DNA of 64,000 nt from Gammaproteobacteria bacterium (GCA_024229615.1 JAAESG010000001.1:907-64906), one strand, 5' to 3'; positions 29,324 to 38,582 are shown, numbered from the stretch's first letter. Program-made: numbers and translations. The notes: generated by a model not told the origin, from the sequence alone.

Positions 29324-30055
29324 TCATACCAGCATGCCGTAGCCCATGACGAATATCATCGGAGTCAGCGACGCGAATGCGATCAACCCGAAGCCGTCGA
29401 TCATCGGGTTGCGTCCCTTGATTGAACTTGCCAGGCCTACTCCCAGCGCAGTGACCAGAGGAACCGTAATCGTAGAAGTCGTGACGCCACCGGAATCATA
29501 AGCGATGCCGACTATCTCTTTGGGCGCAAACACGGTCATGATCACGACCCCCAGGTATCCGACTACGATCAGGTATTGAATCGGCCAACCCATGACGATG
29601 CGAAACACCCCGATCATGATGGCGATACCAACTGAAATCGCCACTGTTAGTCGTAAACCGGTGGCATAAGAGTTGAGCGACGGTGGACTGTTTTCAATCA
29701 TACCGCCATTGGCGGCGACAATTGCCGCTTCGTCGGCGACCGCGATCAGGGCTGGTTCGGCGATGGTGGTGCCAAAACCCAGTGCAAAGGCAAAACACAA
29801 CAGCCAGAAGATATTACCCTTGCTCGCGAAAGCATTGGCCATGCTCTCGCCGATGGGGAACAAGCCCATGTTCAAGCCCTGAACAAACAGGGTTAAACCG
29901 ATCACGACAAATAGTATGCCAACTGCGATTTCGCCGAAATTCGGAATGGGTTGCTGTAATACTGCGAATTGGAAAAATCCGATGACAACGATGATGGGGA
30001 GTAGATCGCGCAGGCTGTCAAATAGTGAGATCCATACCACCTTCAGTGATTTCAT
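29324..30055 (-). CDS. DUF1538 family integral membrane protein
   Basis: Paralogue of the downstream gene; first gene of a 4-gene operon. Confidence 0.75.
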   Translation of the reverse strand: MKSLKVVWISLFDSLRDLLPIIVVIGFFQFAVLQQPIPNFGEIAVGILFVVIGLTLFVQGLNMGLFPIGESMANAFASKGNIFWLLCFAFALGFGTTIAEPALIAVADEAAIVAANGGMIENSPPSLNSYATGLRLTVAISVGIAIMIGVFRIVMGWPIQYLIVVGYLGVVIMTVFAPKEIVGIAYDSGGVTTSTITVPLVTALGVGLASSIKGRNPMIDGFGLIAFASLTPMIFVMGYGMLV

Positions 30056-30541
30056 GTAAGCCCATTTATGAAATTCTTATTTGGCTGACTATATCAGGGC
30101 ATCGAGTACAGGCCTATGACGAATATCAATAAACCGATCGCCAGCGAATGTCGGTTGCCTTGACACTCGAAATTACGGTCGAACAAAGAAGATGCTTGTT
30201 TACATGTTTAAAACCAGGTTGTTTTGGGTAATGAAATCCGAGAAATGTGACGATGTCGATTGCGGCGTCATTCCTGATTAAAGACCTCGAAGCGGCGTGC
30301 AGGGTTCTGGGTATCGAAGCAAAATTGCTGACTTATCGGCGCCAGTATTATCTCTACGCGACACAACCATCGGCACGGCTGGCACTGGTATATCCGCTTG
30401 AGCGGAAACTGTCGAATCACGGCCTTGCAGCACCCGTCTCTGAGCGGTCGGTTAGCGGTTGGATTGTCGGAGTATGAATCCTTAGCTGACTTTGCGCAGT
30501 CGTTGCTCGCTGGTCTGCCGATATATGTCCCTTATTCGCTG

Positions 30542-31501
30542 CTACGGGACTGCTCTTTGACCTGAGGCCGCGACGCGTTCGCGCCAGGCGGTGATAACCC
30601 CGGCCGAGCCGATTAGTGTCATACCGATCAGGGCCTGCCCCGTCGGCCACTGGTCGAAAATCACGCGGCTCCAGAATGCAGCAAAAATCAGGTAGCTGAA
30701 ATCGATGGGTGCGAGCCAGCTGGCATCGGCGGTCTGGTAGGCGCGGCTGAGACAGATATTACCGGTCAGGTTGAGTACCGACGCAAACAGCGCAAAGCCG
30801 GCCACCAGCAGGGTTAATTCCGGCCAGCCGATGGCGACGAAGGGCATGTTGTCGCGAATTTCGGTCGACGGTGGAAACACCGACAACAGGAAAATTCCAA
30901 GCATACCGACAGCGATAAAAACGATTCCCACCGCAAATGCCAGGGCCAGGGTGCTTTCCTGGCGACAGGCTTTGCGTAAGGTCAAGATATTGGTTGCATA
31001 GAAAAAGCCCGCCAGGATGGGCAACACTTGCACCGCCGAAAAGTTATCATCCCAGGGGCTGAGAATAAAAGCGGCCCCGATACCCCCCAGCAAAAGGGCC
31101 GCGATTCGCCAGCGTCCGACGGATTCACCCAGAATCGGACCCGCCAGTAGCGATACAAACAGCGGGTAGGTATAGAGCCCGGCCGCCATCTGCGGCACTG
31201 TCAGGTAGGGTGCCCCGGCAAAAAAGCAAAACATGCAAACCGTTAATAAAGCAGCGCGCAGATAAACCGGTCGCCAGTTGTCGGGTCTGATCAAGCTGAT
31301 GCCGCCACTCATCAATGCGAGCACGACGATGAAGCTGAGATTGCCAATCGAACGCAGTGTTTGAAACTGCCAGAAGGAAGTGTCCGCGGACATTAACTTG
31401 ACCAGCGAATCCTGCAATGCGAGTGCGAAAACACCCGTTAATAAAAGGATGAGCGCGAGTAGCGGACGATCTTCACCTGGTTGTTGGAACAGGCTTTTCA
31501 T
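30542..31501 (-). CDS. DMT superfamily (EamA) transporter
   Basis: 10 TM helices, two EamA repeats. Confidence 0.75.
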   Translation of the reverse strand: MKSLFQQPGEDRPLLALILLLTGVFALALQDSLVKLMSADTSFWQFQTLRSIGNLSFIVVLALMSGGISLIRPDNWRPVYLRAALLTVCMFCFFAGAPYLTVPQMAAGLYTYPLFVSLLAGPILGESVGRWRIAALLLGGIGAAFILSPWDDNFSAVQVLPILAGFFYATNILTLRKACRQESTLALAFAVGIVFIAVGMLGIFLLSVFPPSTEIRDNMPFVAIGWPELTLLVAGFALFASVLNLTGNICLSRAYQTADASWLAPIDFSYLIFAAFWSRVIFDQWPTGQALIGMTLIGSAGVITAWRERVAASGQRAVP

Positions 31502-31641
31502 TGACTCCTGGTTTGTTATTTTCGGAAAGCTCTGTGTAAGTCATGACGACATTGCAGAGATTCCTCAGGTTTTAAGGAAAGGCGCAGTGTAATGCAACAA
31601 ACAGCCTCTTTGCCATTCGCCGGTCCACCTGTCGGCGTGGC

Positions 31642-33126
31642 TTAGGCCTGAATTTTTTCGCGACCGATTCGTAGTACGCTAGCCAACAAACCTTCGATGT
31701 GTTCGGCGCGGGTGGCGTGGTTCATGATGCATACGCGCAGTACCGGTCTGCCCTGCACCTGGGTAGCCGACATCAGGTAATCGCCTTCGAGCTGGATTTG
31801 ATCACGGATTGCGGTGTTCAAGTGGTCGATACTGTCATCGTCGAGGCCGTCAGGACGAAACCGATAACAGAGGATAGACAGCTGTGGCGCGACGACGAGT
31901 TCAAGATCATCTTCCGAACGGATCAATTCGGCAAGGTACTCGGCGCACTGCACATTATGCAGCGCGTTGCGTCCGAGTGTCTCCATCCCGTAACAGCGTA
32001 GCGACATGTAAAATGGCAAGGCGCGAAAACGTCGCGACAACTCGGGAGCCAGGTCATAAAATCGATACTGCTCGGGCGTGTCTTCTTCGCTGGCGCGCAG
32101 GTAGTCCGAATTCTCGAAGAAAAGCTGGCGTGCCGAACTGGCGTCGCGGTATAGCAGCAGGCTGCCTCCCAGCGATTGGTAAAACCATTTGTGCATGTCC
32201 ATGGTGACCGAATCCGCCTTTTCAATGCCACGGTAACGTGGTCTCAGCTGCTCTGACATCAATCCACCGCCGCCGTAAGCCGCGTCGACATGTAACCAGA
32301 TATTGTGCGTGGCACAAAGTTGGGCGATATCATCCAGTGGATCGATTGCACCTGTATTCGTGGTACCTGCGGTCGCTGCCACGCAGACAACATTACTGTT
32401 TTCTGCGATGGCCTCCTCCAGCTTGTCGATACGCATGCGAAATTCAGCATCGGTATCGACGGGGATTATATTGTCTGTACCGACCCCGAGCATAACCGCG
32501 GCGCGCCGGATCGAGAAATGCGCCGCCTGTGAACAAATAATCACCGGTTTTGCCGACTGGCTGAACGCGGCCAATCCTTTTTTGCGATATTCAGGCCCAA
32601 AACGTTTTGCCAGGGCGCTCGCGATACCGGACATATTGGCCATGGAACCGCCGCTGAGGAAGATACCTTCGGACTGTGCCGGGAAATTCACCAGATCGGC
32701 GAGCCAGCGGATCACCGTTTTTTCGATCGTGGTGCCCACCGGAGAAGCCCAGTAACCACCGAGGTTTTCGTTTAACACGCTAACCATGGCGTGTGCCAAT
32801 GGATCGCTCGGTAAACCCGATGGCGCGATCCAGCCGAAGAATCCGGGGTGTGTGTTGCGTCGCGGGTATTGTCTGTTTGCGTCGCTAATCTGGGCCACTA
32901 ATTGTTCCAGCGAGTCACCGCCCAGCGGGTAGGATTGATCGATGAGTTTGGCGACATCCGTGGCTATAGAAGGACGTACGATCGGCGATTCACAGCGTTG
33001 CTGGATCAGCGGCGCCAGCAATGCCGATATATCGACATCGGCTGCACGGGTCAGATCATCTGCGGGTTCGAGATGGGGGCGATGCGGTCGGGTCATTGAC
33101 AGATGTACTGGTCCAGCAAGGCGCAA
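31642..33126 (-). CDS. PLP-dependent group II decarboxylase (aromatic-amino-acid / L-2,4-diaminobutyrate decarboxylase family)
   Basis: S-x-D-x-HKW PLP-lysine motif (DMHKW) and fold-type I architecture. Start uncertain. Confidence 0.8.
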   Translation of the reverse strand: MRLAGPVHLSMTRPHRPHLEPADDLTRAADVDISALLAPLIQQRCESPIVRPSIATDVAKLIDQSYPLGGDSLEQLVAQISDANRQYPRRNTHPGFFGWIAPSGLPSDPLAHAMVSVLNENLGGYWASPVGTTIEKTVIRWLADLVNFPAQSEGIFLSGGSMANMSGIASALAKRFGPEYRKKGLAAFSQSAKPVIICSQAAHFSIRRAAVMLGVGTDNIIPVDTDAEFRMRIDKLEEAIAENSNVVCVAATAGTTNTGAIDPLDDIAQLCATHNIWLHVDAAYGGGGLMSEQLRPRYRGIEKADSVTMDMHKWFYQSLGGSLLLYRDASSARQLFFENSDYLRASEEDTPEQYRFYDLAPELSRRFRALPFYMSLRCYGMETLGRNALHNVQCAEYLAELIRSEDDLELVVAPQLSILCYRFRPDGLDDDSIDHLNTAIRDQIQLEGDYLMSATQVQGRPVLRVCIMNHATRAEHIEGLLASVLRIGREKIQA

Positions 33127-33281
33127 GCGGTGTCGAGTCGGAATTCATTGTCGCATGGGAATCGCGTCGAATAAATCAAAACCTGGACTCTTGCTAATCG
33201 AAGAACTGTAGCCCCGACTTTGCTGTTGTCTGCTTGCAGTTAGCTTTCAACAGGTAAGCGGAGCCAGGCCACATCGTCGTT

Positions 33282-34490
33282 TCAGTCCTCGACGAGGTGG
33301 CCGTAATGTTTGTAAAACAGACGCAGCCAGAAGGGTGTGAGCAGAGTTGTGTAGGCGATGACGATAACCACAGTGGCATAGATTTCGTGGTTGAACAGCC
33401 CGGTATGACGGCCAATCTCGGCGAATACCAGGCCGACCTCACCGCGTGGCACCATGGACATTCCGATGATGATACGACGCGCGAGTTTTTCTCGAATCAG
33501 CAATCCTGCGAGAACTTTGGAGAGGATCGCCACGCCGGCGAGGGTTACAGAAAATATCCAGAAAAAAACCGAACTCAAATCCAGCGAACTCAAATCCAGC
33601 GACAGCCCGACCGTGACAAAGAAAACGGGTGTGCACAGCTGAATCACCGGTTTCATCTGGTTGTGTACGCGAGATGAAAATTCCGGATCAGCTTTAAGCG
33701 CGACACCGAAAGGAAGAAAGAAGCGGCGCGACAGCGCGAGCCCAGTAGCAAAACCACCGAGCAATTGCGGAATCCCAATGGCATGCGACAACCAGGCCAT
33801 GAAAAGCACCAGCGATACGATTGTAGTCGGGACCATGCCGGGAGTTTCGCTGACCGACTCCCAGCGATTGATGACGTAACTGATCGTCTTCGCCATTGCC
33901 GGTGCGACCATGAAGAAAACTGCCATGAACAGCAGGATTTTCGAGGTGCCAATCAGGTCTACCGAGCCGCTGGTAATGAAATTGAACAGAATCGCCAGCA
34001 GCAGTACGCCCATGATATCGTCCAGTACTGCAGCGCCCAGGATGATGTGCCCCTCGTGGCTCTGGTCGCGGTCGAGGTCGGTCAGGGTTCGCATGGTAAT
34101 ACCGATACTGGTTGCGGTCATGGTTCCCGCAATGAGTAGCGAGACCAGGAATTCGAGCTCGAAGCCGTAATAGCTGATCGTGAAACAACTCGCAAACGGT
34201 AGTAAAAATCCTGCGATTGCAACGATGACAGATTTGGTCCCGGCGCTTGCGAGCTCACCGATATCGGTCTCCAGCCCGACTTCGAACAACAGCAGGATGA
34301 TGCCGATTTCAGCCAGCACCCAGATCAATCCATCGGCTTCGATGAAGCCTAGTAGTGACGGTCCCAGGATAACCCCGGCAATAATTTCACCGATCACCGT
34401 GGGTACTTTAATATAAGCCGCCAGTTCGCCCATGACGCGTGCGGCGATCAGGATCATCGCGACTTGCAAAATGGTCGTCGAAGTATCCAT
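33282..34490 (-). CDS. monovalent cation:proton antiporter (CPA family, Kef/NhaP-like)
   Basis: N-terminus MDTSTTILQVAMILIAARVMGELAAYIKVPTVIGEIIAGVILGPS typical of CPA antiporters; 12-13 TM helices. No Shine-Dalgarno sequence upstream. Confidence 0.8.
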   Translation of the reverse strand: MDTSTTILQVAMILIAARVMGELAAYIKVPTVIGEIIAGVILGPSLLGFIEADGLIWVLAEIGIILLLFEVGLETDIGELASAGTKSVIVAIAGFLLPFASCFTISYYGFELEFLVSLLIAGTMTATSIGITMRTLTDLDRDQSHEGHIILGAAVLDDIMGVLLLAILFNFITSGSVDLIGTSKILLFMAVFFMVAPAMAKTISYVINRWESVSETPGMVPTTIVSLVLFMAWLSHAIGIPQLLGGFATGLALSRRFFLPFGVALKADPEFSSRVHNQMKPVIQLCTPVFFVTVGLSLDLSSLDLSSVFFWIFSVTLAGVAILSKVLAGLLIREKLARRIIIGMSMVPRGEVGLVFAEIGRHTGLFNHEIYATVVIVIAYTTLLTPFWLRLFYKHYGHLVED

Positions 34491-34774
34491 TAGTGGTCAT
34501 TCAAGGTGATAATGACGGGTGCAGAGCGTTCCAGGTGCTGTGGGACAAGTGATGCGGCATCCCGACGCAGTCCGAAGGGAAGACCCAATGCATTCGCTGC
34601 GCTCATGGAGCCGGTCCTGGCATGCCCTTTCCAAGGATTGCAACGCTGTACCACGCCAACCAGGACGCTCCCTTCGGGCGGGCAGCAAAACGGCCATTCG
34701 CCGCGTTGCGTCTTTTGCCAAGGGATGGGCCATTGTCTGCAAGACGCGCCTTGCGACTGACTGCTTTGCTTCAT
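34490..34774 (-). CDS. candidate 94-codon upstream ORF translationally coupled to the antiporter (stop TAA overlaps the antiporter ATG as TAATG)
   Basis: GAGGGG Shine-Dalgarno sequence 6 nt before ATG (complement of 34772-34774). Protein MKQSSQSQGASCRQWPIPWQKTQRGEWPFCCPPEGS...VIITLNDH, Trp/Cys/Pro-rich, no recognised family. May be fortuitous within a repeat element. Confidence 0.3.
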   Translation of the reverse strand: MKQSSQSQGASCRQWPIPWQKTQRGEWPFCCPPEGSVLVGVVQRCNPWKGHARTGSMSAANALGLPFGLRRDAASLVPQHLERSAPVIITLNDH

Positions 34775-34809
34775 GCTGAACCCCTCATTATTACCTTGAA
34801 AGACCACTA
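34491..34809. repeat. 319-bp element bounded by a 26/30-nt imperfect terminal inverted repeat (TAGTGGTCATTCAAGGTGATAATGACGGG / CCCCTCATTATTACCTTGAAAGACCACTA)
   Basis: Inverted repeat seen directly. The element fills the entire gap between the antiporter start codon and the adjacent MITE. GC-rich interior with open frames on both strands. Confidence 0.55.
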
Positions 34810-34962
34810 GGGAAGCTCTGCATAAGTCATCCTGACTTAGCAGAGCACGAAAAACGCAAAATGCGATTTTTCGTTTTTCTTCATTTTTCAATCACTTGTG
34901 TGATCGAAAAATGGCGGCACATCCCTGTGCCGCAGGAATCTCTGCATTTTGCAGAGATTCCC
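34810..34962. repeat. MITE-like element, family 2, copy A (terminal inverted repeats GGGAAGCTCTGCA / TGCAGAGATTCCC, TA flanks); contains a nested perfect 27-nt palindrome GGAATCTCTGCATTTTGCAGAGATTCC
   Basis: Terminal inverted repeats read directly. About 85% identical to 54356-54428 over the shared 73 bp; the extra 90 bp is an internal insertion. Its last 3 bp (CTA) form the stop codon of the metallophosphoesterase gene. Confidence 0.6.
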
Positions 34963-35582
34963 TAGCTATACAGCATGCTGAAATTCCAGCATTTGACGAT
35001 ATTCTGGTTTCCGAGTGCGTATAGTTTCACGCTGAGGTCGGGTAGCGACAGTATCATACAGCTGTGATTGAAAACCGAACTTCCCGGGTTGACCACAAAA
35101 ACACCTCCGAGTTGTTCAGCATAGACCTGGTGGGTATGGCCGACAATCAGTACGTCGTAGTCAAAGTCGGACAGATTCTGGTGCCAGACATCTCTTTGTT
35201 GCTCGATAATCTGACCCTGCTGATCGAGCAGTTTTATACCGCCATGTTGTTCGCTGGGCGGGTTGGCGTGAACCACGAATACGCGCTTCTGCTCGATCGT
35301 CAAATCCAGTGTTTGCGGTAACGTCCGTAAGTAGTTGCGAGTCGACTGATCGCCTTCGAGTGAAGCCTTTTGCAGCCAGGATTGATCGTGGTTACCGACG
35401 ATTACCTGACAATTTGCCGAAGTCAGCAGTTCGATCGTCGGCAGCAGTGTGTCGTAGTAGCCGGCAATGTCACCCGCGCAGATAATTTCGTCGACGTTTT
35501 CTCGCCTGAAGATTTCAAGTGCCTGGCCGAGTGGGCCGGGGCTTGAATGTACGTCACTGATGAGTCCGACGGTGGTTGTCAT
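34962..35582 (-). CDS. metallophosphoesterase (YfcE-like calcineurin-fold phosphodiesterase)
   Basis: GLISDVH, GDIAGY, GNHD and HTH metal-binding motifs. Stop codon lies in the MITE terminus. Confidence 0.8.
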   Translation of the reverse strand: MTTTVGLISDVHSSPGPLGQALEIFRRENVDEIICAGDIAGYYDTLLPTIELLTSANCQVIVGNHDQSWLQKASLEGDQSTRNYLRTLPQTLDLTIEQKRVFVVHANPPSEQHGGIKLLDQQGQIIEQQRDVWHQNLSDFDYDVLIVGHTHQVYAEQLGGVFVVNPGSSVFNHSCMILSLPDLSVKLYALGNQNIVKCWNFSMLYS

Positions 35583-35622
35583 TTGTTTTTACGCAATCTC
35601 CTGGTTAGGCCAGAGGGAGTTT

Positions 35623-36231
35623 CTAGCGTGAAAGCTGGCGATTTTCGTTGGCGTCCCGCCGTTCCCGTTTCCTCGCGTGTATCTCGGCCTGCGGTTTCCA
35701 TTGGTAACTGGAATCTTCCAGCGTGTTTGACCAGAATAACTCTCCACCCCGACGCCAGGGATCAAGCACCAGTCCCTGATAAAGTGAATTTCCGCGGGCG
35801 CTGATAATGACCGTACTATGCTCGAGACGAAAGGTGGTTTCGTAGTTAGCGATTCCCCAATGCAGGTCGAGGCTGTGAAACTGTTCCTGCTGCAATCGGG
35901 TCAGCAGATCCGAGGTCCAGTGGACGCAAAGGCCGCGCGGTTTGACGCCCAGGTTGACGAGCAAATTGTGAAATACCGGTGAACTCGATATTTCATATTC
36001 GTGCGCCAGCCGCCGGGTATATTCGATCGAAATCCGTGCCGCACGCTGGGCCTCGCTCGCATCGATATCTTCGCCGAGTGCGAGAATGGAGTGATTCAGG
36101 TCGCGGATGCGTTGCTGCTCAAGCAGCGGCGGTAGCTCGGGTTGTGGTTTTGTACTCGCACAATTTGTCTGCAACGCCATGACCAGAGTCAGGCAGCAAA
36201 TCTTGCATAGATTTTGAAATTCGTAGCGCAT
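35623..36231 (-). CDS. hypothetical secreted protein / lipoprotein
   Basis: N-terminal hydrophobic segment with Cys (LVMALQTNCAS). No family recognised. Confidence 0.45.
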   Translation of the reverse strand: MRYEFQNLCKICCLTLVMALQTNCASTKPQPELPPLLEQQRIRDLNHSILALGEDIDASEAQRAARISIEYTRRLAHEYEISSSPVFHNLLVNLGVKPRGLCVHWTSDLLTRLQQEQFHSLDLHWGIANYETTFRLEHSTVIISARGNSLYQGLVLDPWRRGGELFWSNTLEDSSYQWKPQAEIHARKRERRDANENRQLSR

Positions 36232-36348
36232 CGGATATTCAGCTATTCAGATCGATAAAGGTATCTCAGCCAGCGGTAATTTGTCGAGCGATTGTCAGGA
36301 TAACTCTGATACACTGCGGCTGACCTGTAATTCCGCATCGATCTTGAT

Positions 36349-37287
36349 ATGACCAGTTTAACCGAGCGCCTGGACAATAAGGAAATTCTGCTACTCGATG
36401 GTGGTGTCAGTACCGAGATCCGCCGGCGTGGTATTGCTCTGGATAAAAACGTCTGGAGCGGCCTGACCACCAAAACTCACCCGGATGATGTGCGTCAGGT
36501 CCACCAGGACTATATTCAGGCAGGCGCGCAAATCATTACCGCCAATACCTACTCGACGGCACGCCACGTACTGGAAAGCATTAATCTGGGCCATGAATCC
36601 AAGTTGATCAATCTGAAATCGGTGCAACTGGCACAACAGGCACGCGACAATGTGGCGCAGCGAGATGTATATATTGCTGGATCTATGTCGAGTATGCCGC
36701 CATTGACGAGTCATCGTGAAGTCGCGATCGACGGTCAGATTGAATCCAGCTACATGGAACTTGCGCAAGGGCTTGCCGAAGCCGGCGTCGATCTGATCAT
36801 TGCTGAAATGATGCGGGATATCGAAAATGCGAGCATTGTGATCAAGGCGGCGGTATCGACCGGGTTACCGGTCTTTATTGGATTTAGTGCGATGCTGGCT
36901 GAAAACGGAGTCGATGTACGCAGCCTGCGCTGGAAGAATACCGACGATACCACCAGCGCTCACGACTTTAGTGATATGGTCGATGCGCTTAAACCCCTCG
37001 GTGGGCATGCTGCTGGCATCATGCATACCAGGGTAGAAGACATCGTTCCGGCACTCGAAGTGTTAAAACAACACTGGTCCGGCCCCTTGCTTGCCTATGC
37101 TGAAACCGGCAAGCTGGTGTTGCCCGACTGGCGCTACGAGGAAATCAGTTCCCCCGATAACTATGCAAGCGAAATCGACAGCTGGATCGAAAACTTTGGC
37201 GTGCAGATCGTAGGAGGGTGCTGCGGCACGGGCCCTGAACACATTCAGGCATTGAGGCATCTGCTGGACCAACGCAGCAGCAATTAA
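36349..37287 (+). CDS. mmuM: homocysteine S-methyltransferase
   Basis: LLDGGVSTE N-terminus and zinc-binding GGCCGTGPEHI C-terminal motif. Confidence 0.8.
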   Translation: MTSLTERLDNKEILLLDGGVSTEIRRRGIALDKNVWSGLTTKTHPDDVRQVHQDYIQAGAQIITANTYSTARHVLESINLGHESKLINLKSVQLAQQARDNVAQRDVYIAGSMSSMPPLTSHREVAIDGQIESSYMELAQGLAEAGVDLIIAEMMRDIENASIVIKAAVSTGLPVFIGFSAMLAENGVDVRSLRWKNTDDTTSAHDFSDMVDALKPLGGHAAGIMHTRVEDIVPALEVLKQHWSGPLLAYAETGKLVLPDWRYEEISSPDNYASEIDSWIENFGVQIVGGCCGTGPEHIQALRHLLDQRSSN

Positions 37288-37388
37288 TAGCGATCGAATC
37301 CGTTTCCGTGGCGCAAGCTGACATGGGTCAGTAAAAGCCATTGATCGGCCGCTAGAATCATCTACCAGATTCAATTAACGGAAACCAA

Positions 37389-38582
37389 GTGTCAGAAAGC
37401 ACTCTTGATACCAAAAAAGTAACGCGTGCTGCATTGTTGGGCCGTGATTATCGTGGGGTCAAATTTGAGCTGCTTTGCCGGGAGGGTGACGAAGTCGGCG
37501 CCGGCGATGCGGTGATGCGTGATCTGCGCCGCCCGGCTATCAAGTTTGTGGCTCCGGTATCCGGCCGGATAGCCCGTATTGACAGGGGAGCCCGACGCAA
37601 ACTGATTTCGATGCAAATAGATATCGACGATTCAGTGCCGGTGGCCGGGGTGGAACCACCGGCTGATAACAAGACTGATACATTGCGCAGTTTCATGCTC
37701 GAGTCGGGCGCCTGGAGCGCGTTACGCACGCGACCATTCGGGAATATCCCGGGTCCCGACGGCGAGCCTGCCGCGATATTTGTAACCGCGTTGGACAACG
37801 ATTCTTATGCGCCTCGAGCGTGCCAGATCATCGATTCACGAATGGATGAATTCCGCGCTTCGCTTGAGGTTCTCGCGGATATCAGCACTGCACCGTTATA
37901 CCTTTGCCACGCTCCCGATCATAGCCTCGCGTTCGCGGATTCCAGCAAGATTCGCTGCGTACCGTTTAGTGGCGGATATACGGCCGGCTTGCCCGGCTTC
38001 CATATCAACCGCCTGGCACCGATCGGATTTGCCGGCCGGGAAGTCTGGCACATGGGTTATCAGGATGTGATTGCGCTAGGACATTTGTTAGTGCATGGCA
38101 AACCCTGGTTGCATCGCGTTATTTCGCTAGCCGGTAGCGCTGTCCAAAATCCTCGCAATCTGTGCGTGGTGCCCGGCGCCGCAAATGATGAATTACTCGA
38201 AGGTGAGCTTGCCGATGGCCCCAACCAGATTCTGGCGGGATCCCCGCTATACGGTCGCCCTCTCGACACAGGGCAGTCTTTCCTGGGTGCCGGGCAGCGC
38301 CAGCTCAGCGCACTGCTCGGGAAATCCGAAGAATCTGGCAAGTCGGACGGGGTCGGTACGATAATCCCGAGCGACAGACTGGAAGCGGCGTCACCGCCGG
38401 GCATCTACCCGGTGCCGTTGATGCGTGCATTGCAACTCGGCGATGCCGAACGTGCGCGCGAACTGGGTGCCCTGGAACTGGTGGAAGAGGATTTGTCACC
38501 GCTTAGCCTGGCCTGCGTTTCAAACAGCGACTATGGGTCGCTGCTGCGTGCGGTGCTCGAGCAGATCGAGGCGGCACGCTAG
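37389..38582 (+). CDS. nqrA: Na+-translocating NADH:quinone oxidoreductase subunit A
   Basis: Alignable to NqrA (...WSALRTRPFGNIPGPDGEPAAIFVTALD..., GALELVEEDLSPLSLACVSNSDYGSLLR). Confidence 0.9.
   Translation: MSESTLDTKKVTRAALLGRDYRGVKFELLCREGDEVGAGDAVMRDLRRPAIKFVAPVSGRIARIDRGARRKLISMQIDIDDSVPVAGVEPPADNKTDTLRSFMLESGAWSALRTRPFGNIPGPDGEPAAIFVTALDNDSYAPRACQIIDSRMDEFRASLEVLADISTAPLYLCHAPDHSLAFADSSKIRCVPFSGGYTAGLPGFHINRLAPIGFAGREVWHMGYQDVIALGHLLVHGKPWLHRVISLAGSAVQNPRNLCVVPGAANDELLEGELADGPNQILAGSPLYGRPLDTGQSFLGAGQRQLSALLGKSEESGKSDGVGTIIPSDRLEAASPPGIYPVPLMRALQLGDAERARELGALELVEEDLSPLSLACVSNSDYGSLLRAVLEQIEAAR

Noticed and set aside
34491-34809. Possible known structured RNA (RNase P RNA, tmRNA, 6S, or a cobalamin, glycine, TPP or Mg riboswitch) in the GC-rich leader
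   Set aside because: None of the conserved boxes I can recall for these classes are present (no B12 box GCCACUG, no RNase P P4 GGAAAGUCCGG, no tmRNA ends, no CUGAGA). Kept only as a generic structured-leader candidate.
36349-37287. mmuM as part of an S-methylmethionine uptake operon (mmuP)
   Set aside because: No permease gene is adjacent; it is a stand-alone gene followed by the nqr operon.
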